Source: a virus
Taxonomy: Duplodnaviria; Caudoviricetes
Reading direction: 5' to 3' (one strand)
Length of the DNA: 64,000 nucleotides
Virus record (IMG/VR): IMGVR_UViG_3300010356_002264
Positions within the stretch are counted from its first letter, which is position 1; the number at the start of each line of letters is the position of its first letter. Shown piece by piece: positions 9,001 through 16,460 of the stretch. Below the pieces are notes generated by a model. It was not told the origin of the DNA. It was given only the letters and a program-made list of their open reading frames with translations, and ran no database searches. Position numbers and translations under genes: made by a program.

Positions 9001-11233
9001 ACTTTGTTCCAGGTGAGTAGGTAGCCAGTTTTCGCGCGAGGCGGAAGGGCTGGATGTCCGGGGGAAGCGTGATGTAGAGACGGTACGCCGTCTGACCCTG
9101 CCGTCTCTCCCCGTTGTAGACGTAGGTCGTCTCCTTGGGAGCCATGGTCACGACTCCCCCGAGGGATTGGGCGAGCTCGCGGACGTGACGGGCGAGCTGG
9201 ATCGAGACGGACGTGTACTCGACGCCTGTCCCTCTCTCGTTCGCGATACCTCCGTCGGTGTCGAGTAGTCCCTGGAGGAGCGCGACACGTACCTCGACGC
9301 TGTTGTACAGGTACAGGGGAGGCACGAACTTGTGCTCGCTGCGCTTCCCGAACAGATCCAACCGACGCAGCGCCCGCGTGACGGGGTTGCGTTGCCCCCT
9401 CTCCACGACGAGAGAGTAGTCGTAGGGTGAGTTTTTTACGGGCGCGATCGATACGTTCGGAGGCAGTAAGGGTTCGATGAGTCGCAGGATCTGCTGGTCT
9501 CCCGTAGAGAGGCGAACACTGCTCGTAAGCCCTCCGTCTCCAAGGAGTACGCCGAGCAGGTATGGGTCGAGGAGGACTGGAACCTCCTCGAACTCTACGG
9601 GAGCCACCAACGGGATGAAGTGTTGTCGGTTGCCGTTCGCGTGGTGCAGGCGTTCGCGGATCTCCCTGAGCGGTAGCACGCGAGGGGCTTGGTCGCGCCA
9701 CTTGCGCAGGGGCGTGTTGACGAGCCACAGGTGGTCGTCGCAGCACTCCGTCGAGGAACCGTCGCAGAACGTGACTCGGTAGACGGGCTTGACGCCCTGC
9801 GGGAATACGCCCTCGATCGTCGCCGTTCCCCCGTCGGGATCGATGACCGAATCTCCGACGCGCAAGGCCCCCATGGTTCGCCATCCCGTCGGAGTGAGCA
9901 CCTTGGCGGTGAGCGGTTGGGCCTTCCCCGTCCCCATCTCTCCCGACAGGATGGCGGTCTTGTGGGGCTTGCGGGTCGGGCTCCCGCGCCACTGGAAGCA
10001 GACGGCGGCGGCGGCCTCCTTCTGGACCTGGAGGATCTCGGGCTGCGCGTGGCCGGGCAGAAGGCCGGGGGCGTGAAGCTGGACGAGGCGGTTCGCATAG
10101 GGTGCGAGGTTCCCGTCGAACTCCGGCGTGTGGAGCTTGCGGGTGGCCTGCGCGAGGTCGGCGCCGTACTCCTGGAACCACGCGGCCGTCTTCTCCGGAG
10201 CGTCGCTCACGCGCCAGGCATCGAAGTCACCCGTGCGGAGGTCGAGCACGGCCAGTCGGGAGGCGACGCGCTCGCGGTCGACGACCGTATCGTCTCCTCC
10301 TCCCGCCTTGTCCTCCTCGACGATCGTGTCGGTGACCTTCTCGCTCGACCCCTTGATGAGGTAGCACCCGCGAATCTCGGCCCCGTTGAGCGCCCCAGCG
10401 GCGAGGAGCATCGCCTGGTGGCCCGGCCTGGGGGGCATGAGGGGCCGCTCGATCTTGTTGCCCGCGTGTCCGACGAGTGCGTCCCACGTGGGGGTCGCGT
10501 AGGCCCCGGTGGGGGCGGGGCCCCACGCGGGAGCCAGGTCGAACGGGTTTATCCCGTGGAGTGCGAAGAAGTCTAGGGAGGTGGCGCTGACGTCGATAAC
10601 CTCCCCGTGCTTCGTGTAGGGTTCGTCCCCGATGACGGGGATGTGCTCCGTGTTGATCGGGTTGGCGTAGCTGTAGCCGGAGGAGCGACGTGCCAGCACG
10701 ACGACCTGGTCGAACTTCTCCCTCTCGGGGAGGGGGTAGTCGAACACGCGCGCGCCGTAGTAGCGCCCCTGCATGAACTCCTTGAACTTCGTGTTTCGCA
10801 GGATGGCGCGGGGCACGATGAGCACGAGGAGGCCGTTCGGCGCGAGGTGAACGGTCGCCGCCTGGAGGAACAGCACCTCCAGGCGCACCGAGTTTCCCTC
10901 TCCGTCCTGGCCCGCGTCGTACGGAGGGTTGCAGAACAGCACGTGGAAGCTCCCCTCGCTCGCGTGTAGCTGCGTGTAGCTGCCTCGCAGGCACTGTCGC
11001 ATGCGGGGACGCGCGACTTCCGCACGCTCGGCGTCGAGCTCTACTCCGTACGCCTCGAATCCCCAGGCGGCGGCGAGCGCCGAGACCGCACGTCCTTCCC
11101 CCGCGCACACGTCGAGGATACGGCCCACCTGGCCCGCGGGTGCGCGCACGGTGATGGTACGCACGATCCGCGCGGTCACGTCGTCGGACGTGGGGTAGTA
11201 GAGCGCCTTGGCGATAGCGGCTAAGCGAGCCAT
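6017..11233 (-). CDS. DNA methyltransferase-like (DUF6094-type) domain fused to an SF2/SNF2-like helicase; contains two inteins
   Basis: YYPT, DVCAGEG, NPPY; after intein removal GEMGTGK|T, DE|CH, MTGT, ETGLDL, QSVRRSWRLGQ. Confidence 0.9.
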   Translation of the reverse strand: MARLAAIAKALYYPTSDDVTARIVRTITVRAPAGQVGRILDVCAGEGRAVSALAAAWGFEAYGVELDAERAEVARPRMRQCLRGSYTQLHASEGSFHVLFCNPPYDAGQDGEGNSVRLEVLFLQAATVHLAPNGLLVLIVPRAILRNTKFKEFMQGRYYGARVFDYPLPEREKFDQVVVLARRSSGYSYANPINTEHIPVIGDEPYTKHGEVIDVSATSLDFFALHGINPFDLAPAWGPAPTGAYATPTWDALVGHAGNKIERPLMPPRPGHQAMLLAAGALNGAEIRGCYLIKGSSEKVTDTIVEEDKAGGGDDTVVDRERVASRLAVLDLRTGDFDAWRVSDAPEKTAAWFQEYGADLAQATRKLHTPEFDGNLAPYANRLVQLHAPGLLPGHAQPEILQVQKEAAAAVCFQWRGSPTRKPHKTAILSGEMGTGKAQPLTAKVLTPTGWRTMGALRVGDSVIDPDGGTATIEGVFPQGVKPVYRVTFCDGSSTECCDDHLWLVNTPLRKWRDQAPRVLPLREIRERLHHANGNRQHFIPLVAPVEFEEVPVLLDPYLLGVLLGDGGLTSSVRLSTGDQQILRLIEPLLPPNVSIAPVKNSPYDYSLVVERGQRNPVTRALRRLDLFGKRSEHKFVPPLYLYNSVEVRVALLQGLLDTDGGIANERGTGVEYTSVSIQLARHVRELAQSLGGVVTMAPKETTYVYNGERRQGQTAYRLYITLPPDIQPFRLARKLATYSPGTKYGPSRSIENVDYVRDEECQCIRVSSRNSLYVTDDYIVTHNTSMAAVAVELYGARRTVVVCPAHLVRKWIREFEAVTGQRGVAVAGKKLSDVDAFFRSTEAKPARYLVISKEIAKLGTRWEPAFVLRTRTWMREVPDHEAMDALPFYARRTITKQVRQIVSLVSCPQCGRTTGYTAAAFDRDNHQYCAGCRSPLWTVTTLNDKGSTRWPLAEYISQRYARRYVLVVDECFPGASLVSTSRGRIPIKDIRVGDLVWSRTRDGQVVLRRVVRALCKPRVKPMVRVSHETGSIVCTDDHKIWTEDQLDYRKARCLTNTNVLIEINDADQGLPYLQVRVPVRATGEARAEDVQPDLRRAASSPDETYTQASDASVPCDVRVVSEDGTGSRTQEGSALLQSVVYPACGLGAQSRSSHPDTGTHADNAAPARGEEAVVGVDDEAQQKSRGPSEDERSPKGSSVLRSQGRERIPHTRAEATARPSGLGDGGLHPDDGSILANGASGPHSSDPEDRGGMRRSLPPHEQAAQPGPTEESHAPSARVDRAAVLELGGHDEHRPRPDAYPGCRGVRVTSVEPVNLDEEWVYDLEVEDTHCYFVEGILVSNCHKFAGAESDQSRAVQDLAAGAHKILAMTGTLYGGRASSLFYLLYKVEPSFRKRYGFKDCARFSQHFGLFETRYDLKSSTSRYGTRRGGKRSGGRTREIPGMNPAMVPLLLPYTIFVKLKDLRQDLPPYDEEVRIVDHDPAILRAIAELTKEVRKVMRKYPKVLGQYLQTCLGYPDCPEQAEEIWGTDEESGRREFLASAPAFPRTPQPKDAEVVRIVREEKQAGRQVLVFFAQTHKRDARGRVREALEAEGFRVEVLDASVSPEKREEWLEKACKRGFDVLLTNGRLVETGLDLLFAKTIIQYGTEYSVPILRQSVRRSWRLGQVAPIRVVFLAYRATMQEVAMRLIARKMRAAEMVDGDETGGLADFDSTGANFFVELAQEAVAQALAANPSAP
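7208..8320 (-). mobile_element. Intein 2 (371 aa) inserted in the DExH motif; no in-frame endonuclease motifs recognisable
   Basis: DE|CFPGASLV...CTDDHKIW...WVYDLEVEDTHCYFVEGILVSN|CH. Confidence 0.9.
7297..8037 (-). CDS. Zn-finger plus Vsr/DUF559-like endonuclease, nested out of frame inside intein 2
   Basis: CxxC / CSxxC repeats; DLIHPTLKIAVECDGASHH...DRRKS..LQALGWTVLRFWNSEV; own ATG and TAG. Confidence 0.85.
   Translation of the reverse strand: MPTKACPICKSEFPFVRRARREQKTCSPICGAQLRRRTRPTPKRPTRRFPVTCGWCQKTEQVPARKRGRRYCSRSCTQLAAWARNPARRTQTRERMRTTQRLPEARKRSSEWMTKLNRSPEVRAKTSEARKGLPFSGRRGGNGYLTPEQKLLHARLGWEMEGCIPTMDPSWRMARVDLIHPTLKIAVECDGASHHTSKQRNRDRRKSRMLQALGWTVLRFWNSEVTTNIDLVLMRIRDAEASASPR
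8882..9922 (-). mobile_element. Intein 1 (347 aa): Ala-initiated, class-3-like, with LAGLIDADG endonuclease, inserted in Walker A
   Basis: GK|AQPL...DHLW...ECQCI...VTHN|T; LLGVLLGDGG and LLQGLLDTDGG. Confidence 0.9.
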
Positions 11234-11240
11234 GTTGTCC

Positions 11241-11789
11241 TCACGACAGCGACCCGTCCTGGATCGCCTTCTTCACGATGGGTCCCCAAACGTCGGAGGA
11301 CGCGTTGATGCGGTAGACGGGCAGCCCGTACCCTCCAAGTGCCTCGATGGTGTGGCCCTCACGACCGATCCTCCACAGCGTCTCTTGCCACTCGGGGCGG
11401 AACGGTATCGGGCACATGCGATTCAAGCGGTTGAAGAACAGCGTCTTCGCCTCCGACTCCTCTCCCGCGACCATGAACCAGGACGAGAACGGCGACCACT
11501 GGTGGGTCATGGCGGGGTGGACCATCACGAGGTGAAGCAGGTCGACCCCCGTCGTAGTGGCTATCCGCATCATCCCCGGCTGCACCATTACGGTGTGTCC
11601 ACCGATGTCGAGGAGGCCGTCAACCTTCCGGTTGCCGTCGTGCACCTTGGCCCAGACGGCCCGCACGCTCACGGAGTCCCCAAACAATGACAGCATCGCC
11701 ACCACAGGGTGGTAGCCACTGCCGGGCATCACGCGGTACGAGTCCGCCCAGCAGGTGATCCCCCCGCTGTAGGGCTTTACGACTAGCAT
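11241..11789 (-). CDS. Hypothetical protein upstream of the methylase-helicase
   Basis: ORF with ATG 37 nt after the motif (11826). Confidence 0.75.
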   Translation of the reverse strand: MLVVKPYSGGITCWADSYRVMPGSGYHPVVAMLSLFGDSVSVRAVWAKVHDGNRKVDGLLDIGGHTVMVQPGMMRIATTTGVDLLHLVMVHPAMTHQWSPFSSWFMVAGEESEAKTLFFNRLNRMCPIPFRPEWQETLWRIGREGHTIEALGGYGLPVYRINASSDVWGPIVKKAIQDGSLS

Positions 11790-11933
11790 GCCTCCCTGTC
11801 GCGATGAGGTCGCGGTTCAGAGCTGACGCACTACTCGGCTTCGGATTGTGTGTTTTTTCAGCTCTTTTTTCAGAAAACTATTTGACAGTATGCCGAACAA
11901 GTGGTTACTTCATTCACACGTAGCGAGAACGCC

Positions 11934-12038
11934 ATGAACTCCTTCATCCACATCGAACAGCCAGAACCTACGACGGTCCCCGCGACCGATCGCGTGGACT
12001 CGCTCGATCAGGACCCCGAGGTGATGGCCTCCCGGTAG
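11934..12038 (+). CDS. Putative 34-aa leader peptide of the tRNA operon
   Basis: MNSFIHIEQPEPTTVPATDRVDSLDQDPEVMASR between the promoter motif (11858) and a terminator-like hairpin. Confidence 0.4.
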   Translation: MNSFIHIEQPEPTTVPATDRVDSLDQDPEVMASR

Positions 12039-12064
12039 ACGGTACGCTACATACGCACCGCCAC

Positions 12065-12107
12065 CGAGAGGCCGGGACTTCGAGAGGAGTCCCGGCCTTT
12101 CTCGTTT
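12065..12107 (+). terminator. Terminator/attenuator-like hairpin before the tRNAs
   Basis: AGGCCGGGACTT...GAGTCCCGGCCT followed by TTCTCGTTT. Confidence 0.6.
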
Positions 12108-12111
12108 ATGC

Positions 12112-12187
12112 GGTCCCATCGGCCAATGGTCAAGCCGCCGGCCTCTCAAGTCGGAAATGGCGGGTTCAAGTCCCCCTGGGATCACCA
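12112..12187 (+). tRNA. tRNA-Glu(CTC)
   Basis: Cloverleaf; anticodon arm CCGGC-CT-CTC-AA-GTCGG; GGTTCAAGTCC; encoded CCA. Confidence 0.9.
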
Positions 12188-12188
12188 C

Positions 12189-12259
12189 ACCCTGTTCGTC
12201 CAGCGGCAGGACGCCGGCTTTTCGCTCCGGAAAGGAGGGTTCAACTCCCTCACAGGGTA
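12189..12259 (+). tRNA. tRNA-Glu(TTC), no encoded CCA
   Basis: Acceptor ACCCTGT/ACAGGGT; D-arm GTCC/GGAC; loop TT-TTC-GC; one anticodon-stem mismatch. Confidence 0.8.
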
Positions 12260-12268
12260 CATAATTAT

Positions 12269-12343
12269 GCCTCGTGATGCGACGGGTGTCGCAGTCCGAC
12301 TGTCTATCGGATGAGAGGGGTTCAAGTCCCCTACGAGGCGCCA
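12269..12343 (+). tRNA. tRNA-Asp(GTC)
   Basis: GCCTCGT/ACGAGGC; TCCGA-CT-GTC-TA-TCGGA; CCA. Confidence 0.9.
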
Positions 12344-12363
12344 GTCATGGTATACATGAACCC

Positions 12364-12999
12364 ATGACATTACCGATCGGTCTACGAGAAGAAGCTGTTC
12401 GTCTCCGAGTCGAGGAGCGGCGTTCCAATAAGGAGATATGCACGAAGTTGAAGGTGTCGGCGGGAACCATGAGTTTTTGGCTAAAGGATCATCCGCTGGC
12501 CCCTGAAGAGAAACAAAGCAGGTGGAAGGAGAAGATGGAGGGCGGGGCTAGAAGACCTCGGGGTCCGCAGAAAATAAAAGATGTAGCAGGTCCATCTAAG
12601 CACTATGCGGTAGTGAAGGACTGTGAATTATCTAATTCACATAAGATGGCCATATCTGAGTCTGCTATTCTATTTCGATTAGCTCTACATGGCTACGCTG
12701 TAGCTACTCCTGTATTTGAAGGGACTAAGATTGATTGGCTCGTCAAAGTTCCGACGACAGGTCGGATCATTCAGGTTCAGGTGAAGACGGTTCGCAAGGG
12801 ATCGATCAGTCTTCGTTGTGCGAACGGTCGAGGCAAGCTGAGACGCTACGTGGAGGGTGAGTTTGATGTCATTGTTGGGTATGACCTGTTTTCTGATACG
12901 GCCTACGTGTACCTGGCCCGGGAGGTGATGCACCTGGGCTATGTTGCGGCAGCCTCCCAGGAGGCTGCCGAACGATGGGGTAAACTTCTGGAAGTTTGA
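12364..12999 (+). CDS. Free-standing PD-(D/E)XK homing-type endonuclease with N-terminal HTH, inside the tRNA cluster
   Basis: ISESAIL..L...GY.V..P; IDWLV; IQVQVKT; FDVIVGYD; AT-richer than flanks. Confidence 0.8.
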   Translation: MTLPIGLREEAVRLRVEERRSNKEICTKLKVSAGTMSFWLKDHPLAPEEKQSRWKEKMEGGARRPRGPQKIKDVAGPSKHYAVVKDCELSNSHKMAISESAILFRLALHGYAVATPVFEGTKIDWLVKVPTTGRIIQVQVKTVRKGSISLRCANGRGKLRRYVEGEFDVIVGYDLFSDTAYVYLAREVMHLGYVAAASQEAAERWGKLLEV

Positions 13000-13005
13000 A
13001 TTTCT

Positions 13006-13079
13006 CGGGGTGTGACGCAGCCTGGTAGCGTACTTGCTTTGGAGGCAAGGAGCCGGAGGTTCAAATCCTCTCACCCCGA
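13006..13079 (+). tRNA. tRNA-Pro(TGG), no encoded CCA
   Basis: CGGGGTG/CACCCCG; CTTGC-TT-TGG-AG-GCAAG; GGTTCAAATCC. Confidence 0.9.
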
Positions 13080-13378
13080 CTCAGGAAGAAAAAAGATCGC
13101 GGGATCGATACTTTTCTCAGCTCGGCCCCGTTCAGGGTATACGATAAGACTTCATAAACGGCGATGGCTGCACGCCGAAGCCCAAACACCAAACTCCTTC
13201 GGGAGGGAAGTGGATGGGACAAAGGGGCCACCAAACCTCAAGACCATTCGGGTTTGCTGTCGATCCGGCCCTTCCGCAAGGAGGGTGAAGTGGGCACCCC
13301 CCACAAGACAGCTTCCTGACAAACCCTGAGGTGCCCCATGCGCCACTAAACAGATTGCTCCCCCCTCGGAAGGCTCAT

Positions 13379-13453
13379 ACAAGCGTAGCTCATCAGGTAG
13401 AGCATCGGTCTAACTCACCGAGGGTAGCTGGTTCAACTCCAGTCCTTGATCCA
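13379..13453 (+). tRNA. Atypical tRNA-like element (anticodon AAC, broken acceptor stem)
   Basis: TAGCTC..GGTAGAGC D-arm; TCGGT-CTAACTC-ACCGA; GCTGGTTCAACTCCAGT; ends CCA. Confidence 0.5.
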
Positions 13454-13781
13454 AACGGGCCCCACACTCGGGGAGCAGTTTCACCTTCGTAGGCCAGGTT
13501 CATGACCTGGCCAAACAGGGTCGGTACGCTAACCAAGCGGCTGCGGCTTCCACCGCAGCGATGCCAGCTGGACGCTGGCCCGTCCCCCTAAGACTCCGCC
13601 CTCGGCGGGACCTTACATGCGCGCCGTCGCAAGGCGGCACCTAATCTCCACCAAAACGGGGATACTTGGCTCATACCCAAGCAACGACCATGTGAGGTCA
13701 CCAAAGACGGTCCCGCCTCTCGCGGGGTCTGTCCTCTGACAACCGAATACCAGCTTCTTCTCCCCCTCGGGTCGATCCAAC

Positions 13782-13856
13782 ATGCTTATCGCCCAGTGGT
13801 TGGGCATCTGTCTACGGAACAGACCTCGGCAGGTTCAATTCCTGCTAAGCGTACCA
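13782..13856 (+). tRNA. tRNA-Arg(ACG)
   Basis: ATGCTTA/TAAGCGT; TCTGT-CT-ACG-GA-ACAGA; CCA. Confidence 0.88.
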
Positions 13857-13906
13857 CCAAGGGTCGACACACTCGGGAGGAGATCCCCATCGGCCGCAAG
13901 GCCGGT

Positions 13907-13958
13907 AGCGGCCCGACGGTCTCCCCCCCCGACAAGACCGTCGGGCCGCTTTTCTTTT
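13907..13958 (+). terminator. Intrinsic terminator
   Basis: 16-bp stem AGCGGCCCGACGGTCT/AGACCGTCGGGCCGCT followed by TTTCTTTT. Confidence 0.8.
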
Positions 13959-13994
13959 CAGCTCCAGATTCACGCTGGGTCGCGACGACCCGGC

Positions 13995-14270
13995 ATGCCC
14001 TACAGCTTCACGTACAAGCAGCTCGTCGCGTACCTGCGACGGACCGGATGGACCTACGACGAGTCCTCCATGTTCTGGCGGCACCCCGACACGTTCGAGG
14101 TGGTCTGTGTGGACTCGAACTACGACCTTGGTCGGGGTCTTGTGCGGGCCTCGATCCTCGGAGTTCTCGGGCGGCTGAAGGCGCGGGACCAGAAGGGTCC
14201 TGACCTCCCGGAGGAGGAACTCACGCGGCTCAGCTCCGATCCGCAGGCTCATGTCGACTCGTCGACATGA
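13995..14270 (+). CDS. Small protein with weak HicA-like pattern
   Basis: YKQLVAYLRRTGW...WRHPD...DLGRGLVRASIL; no GSH motif; motif 37 nt upstream. Confidence 0.55.
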   Translation: MPYSFTYKQLVAYLRRTGWTYDESSMFWRHPDTFEVVCVDSNYDLGRGLVRASILGVLGRLKARDQKGPDLPEEELTRLSSDPQAHVDSST

Positions 14271-14731
14271 GCCACTACGCAGACCCCACCTCCAGCGACT
14301 TCGCCCCTAACCCGCGCGCCATCTGCGGACAGGCTGGGCCCCTCACCGAGGATCCTCGCCAGGTCGACTGCGAGGCGTGCCGGGGGCGGATGGCGGCCCA
14401 CCTGGCCATGACGCTTGGTCTGGATGTCGAGGCCGACTACGACCAGCGCGAGGTCTGCCCGCATGGGGACGACGACGAGTGCTCCTGCCCGCTTGAGCCG
14501 ACCAAGTACTACGCGTGGGAGGAGACGTTTGCGGTCTCTCGACCCCACTACGACCTGTCGTTCGAGATCGGTCGTGAGGTCGCGCTCCAGGTCGGGGGTG
14601 AGGGGACGGAGCAGGGTCCCTCCCGCCTACGGAGCGTCAAGAAGGACTTCGTCTCGGAGGGAGAGGCCGCCCTCCACTACCTGCGCGTCCTGCGGGACCG
14701 CCTCAACGTCGTGCTCGGAGACAAGTCGTGA
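14267..14731 (+). CDS. Hypothetical Cys-containing protein
   Basis: ORF; motif 37 nt upstream. Confidence 0.7.
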   Translation: MSHYADPTSSDFAPNPRAICGQAGPLTEDPRQVDCEACRGRMAAHLAMTLGLDVEADYDQREVCPHGDDDECSCPLEPTKYYAWEETFAVSRPHYDLSFEIGREVALQVGGEGTEQGPSRLRSVKKDFVSEGEAALHYLRVLRDRLNVVLGDKS

Positions 14732-15156
14732 GCGACAACGATCAGGTCTACACCTTCACCAAGTCAGGCAACCTGGTGACCCTCGTGGGCAATCCCGCCC
14801 CGAGCGAGAAGTTCGTCACCGTGTGTCGGGTCGATGCGGACAAGGAGATGCTCGTGTCCCGCGACGCGCTCGTCCCCTATGAGCCCGAGCCCGGCGAGGC
14901 TACCTTCGACGGCGCGCGCATCGAGGCGCACGCGAGGCGCATCGCGCGGGAGCTCGTGACCCGCTGGCACATCCCGGCGGACGTTGCGGTGCGGCTCGCC
15001 AAGGGGCTCGCGGGGACCGCGGAGGCGGTCAACGTGCTCTACGCTCGCGGCATCACGCTGTCGGAGGTCGGGATGGAGTACGTCGCGCGGGAGTGCTTCA
15101 AGCTCGCGCAGGAGGACGACGCGCTCCCGTCCCCAGCGGGAGGGTTGACGAAATGA
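14728..15156 (+). CDS. Hypothetical protein
   Basis: GTGA overlap; GC3 bias. Confidence 0.65.
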   Translation: MSDNDQVYTFTKSGNLVTLVGNPAPSEKFVTVCRVDADKEMLVSRDALVPYEPEPGEATFDGARIEAHARRIARELVTRWHIPADVAVRLAKGLAGTAEAVNVLYARGITLSEVGMEYVARECFKLAQEDDALPSPAGGLTK

Positions 15157-15845
15157 GCCAGGACAAGCCGCAGCACGTCCTGCGAGACGAGTTCCAGGTG
15201 CTCCTGGACCAGTCGCGCGAGCCGAACGTGGACCTCAAGGAGACCTGGCTGGCCATGTGCGCGGAGGTTGCCCAGAAGAAGCGACCCCGACATCGCGGCC
15301 CGTGGACGTGGGCGCAGATCGACCGGGTCCTGACGAAGGAGGACTCCGAGCCCCTCCGTGCGGCGTTCGGCGAGATACAGGACCGCCTCTTCAAGGAAGT
15401 AGACACGAGGCGTCAGGCGGCCAAGAAGGCCCTCTACGAGCTCGCACCACGCCTCGTGGTGCAGCGGGCGGCCTTCGTGGCGTTCCCCTACTCGACCCAC
15501 CACGGGAGCACCTATCGGTCGTCCGGCGACGGGGAGGGGTACGCGCGCGGGTACGCCGAGATAGAGGTCGAGGAGATCCAGGCGACCCGCAACGTGCGGG
15601 CCGGCGTCGAGCGGGTCGATGATGGGGGTCGCGATGTGTACCGCGTGATGGTGCTGGTCTCCTCGGAGTTCGATGTCGAGATCCTGCACTACCAGCCTGG
15701 CTGGGGGATGCGGGACTTCTTCAAGGCGTGCTGGCGACGGGCGCTAAACCCCCGCGTCTACTTTCCCGGCCTCGCGCACGGCCTGGAGGAGAAGTGGGGT
15801 ATCGACTACCAGGGCAACGACCTCCCCAGGAAGGAAGCACCATGA
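15153..15845 (+). CDS. Hypothetical protein
   Basis: ATGA overlap; GC3 bias. Confidence 0.7.
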   Translation: MSQDKPQHVLRDEFQVLLDQSREPNVDLKETWLAMCAEVAQKKRPRHRGPWTWAQIDRVLTKEDSEPLRAAFGEIQDRLFKEVDTRRQAAKKALYELAPRLVVQRAAFVAFPYSTHHGSTYRSSGDGEGYARGYAEIEVEEIQATRNVRAGVERVDDGGRDVYRVMVLVSSEFDVEILHYQPGWGMRDFFKACWRRALNPRVYFPGLAHGLEEKWGIDYQGNDLPRKEAP

Positions 15846-16459
15846 CTCAGGCGGACATCAAGAAGCGAGAGGCCGACGAGAAGCGCCGAGCCGAGCTCCC
15901 CGGCAAGCTGGCGGCCCTGCGGGGGCACGTGGGTGAGGTGGTGCGGCGGTGGCGGGAGTCCGCGATCGCCGTGTCGCTCAGCCTGCACCGCGCCCCGAGC
16001 CCAGAGCAGCAGGCCGAGCGCTTTCCCCCGATGCCGAGCGGAACGCCCAAGTGGGCCGAGACGTACGGGCTGGAAGCCCGTCAGGCGGCCGAGAAGGCCG
16101 CGCAGGTCGTGTGGCCGGCGTTCGACGAGCCTCAGCCGCTGCCCCCGGTCCGGGAGGGAGAGCGGCGCGCGTGGTCGTTCCACATGGGCGGACTCGGGAA
16201 CACACCGCGCGTTTTCCCGACCATCGCGGGCCCCGTCTCCTGGTGCGAGGTCTTCCTGGTCAGGCTCCCGGACGGGACGTCCAGGGAGAAGCGAGACATC
16301 GCCCACAGCACGTCCATCGTGCAGTACGAGACGCGCGCGGGGGCACTCCAGGCCGCCCACTACAAGCTGTGCCGGGAGGTATGCGAGAGCCTCTACCGCT
16401 CGCTTCGCCTGTGTGAGGACGCCACAGCTCCGAGACCTCCCAAGGGATCGACCAAGTAG
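15842..16459 (+). CDS. Hypothetical protein
   Basis: ATGA overlap; AAGGA SD. Confidence 0.65.
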   Translation: MTQADIKKREADEKRRAELPGKLAALRGHVGEVVRRWRESAIAVSLSLHRAPSPEQQAERFPPMPSGTPKWAETYGLEARQAAEKAAQVVWPAFDEPQPLPPVREGERRAWSFHMGGLGNTPRVFPTIAGPVSWCEVFLVRLPDGTSREKRDIAHSTSIVQYETRAGALQAAHYKLCREVCESLYRSLRLCEDATAPRPPKGSTK

Positions 16460-16460
16460 C

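Larger units (their letters stand above)
13154..13958 (+). ncRNA. Large structured non-coding transcript containing tRNA and tRNA-like modules
   Basis: No credible ORF; promoter motif at 13117 predicts +1 at 13154; dense hairpins with GCAA/UUCG loops; terminator at the end. Confidence 0.6.

Noticed and set aside
11882-11910. Sigma70 promoter from TTGACA
   Set aside because: The -10 is poor, and TGAC falls exactly at the CGAC position of the TCAGCTC promoter at 11858.
13405-13421. Amber suppressor tRNA (CTA in the loop)
   Set aside because: The stem TCGGT/ACCGA places AAC, not CTA, at the anticodon position.
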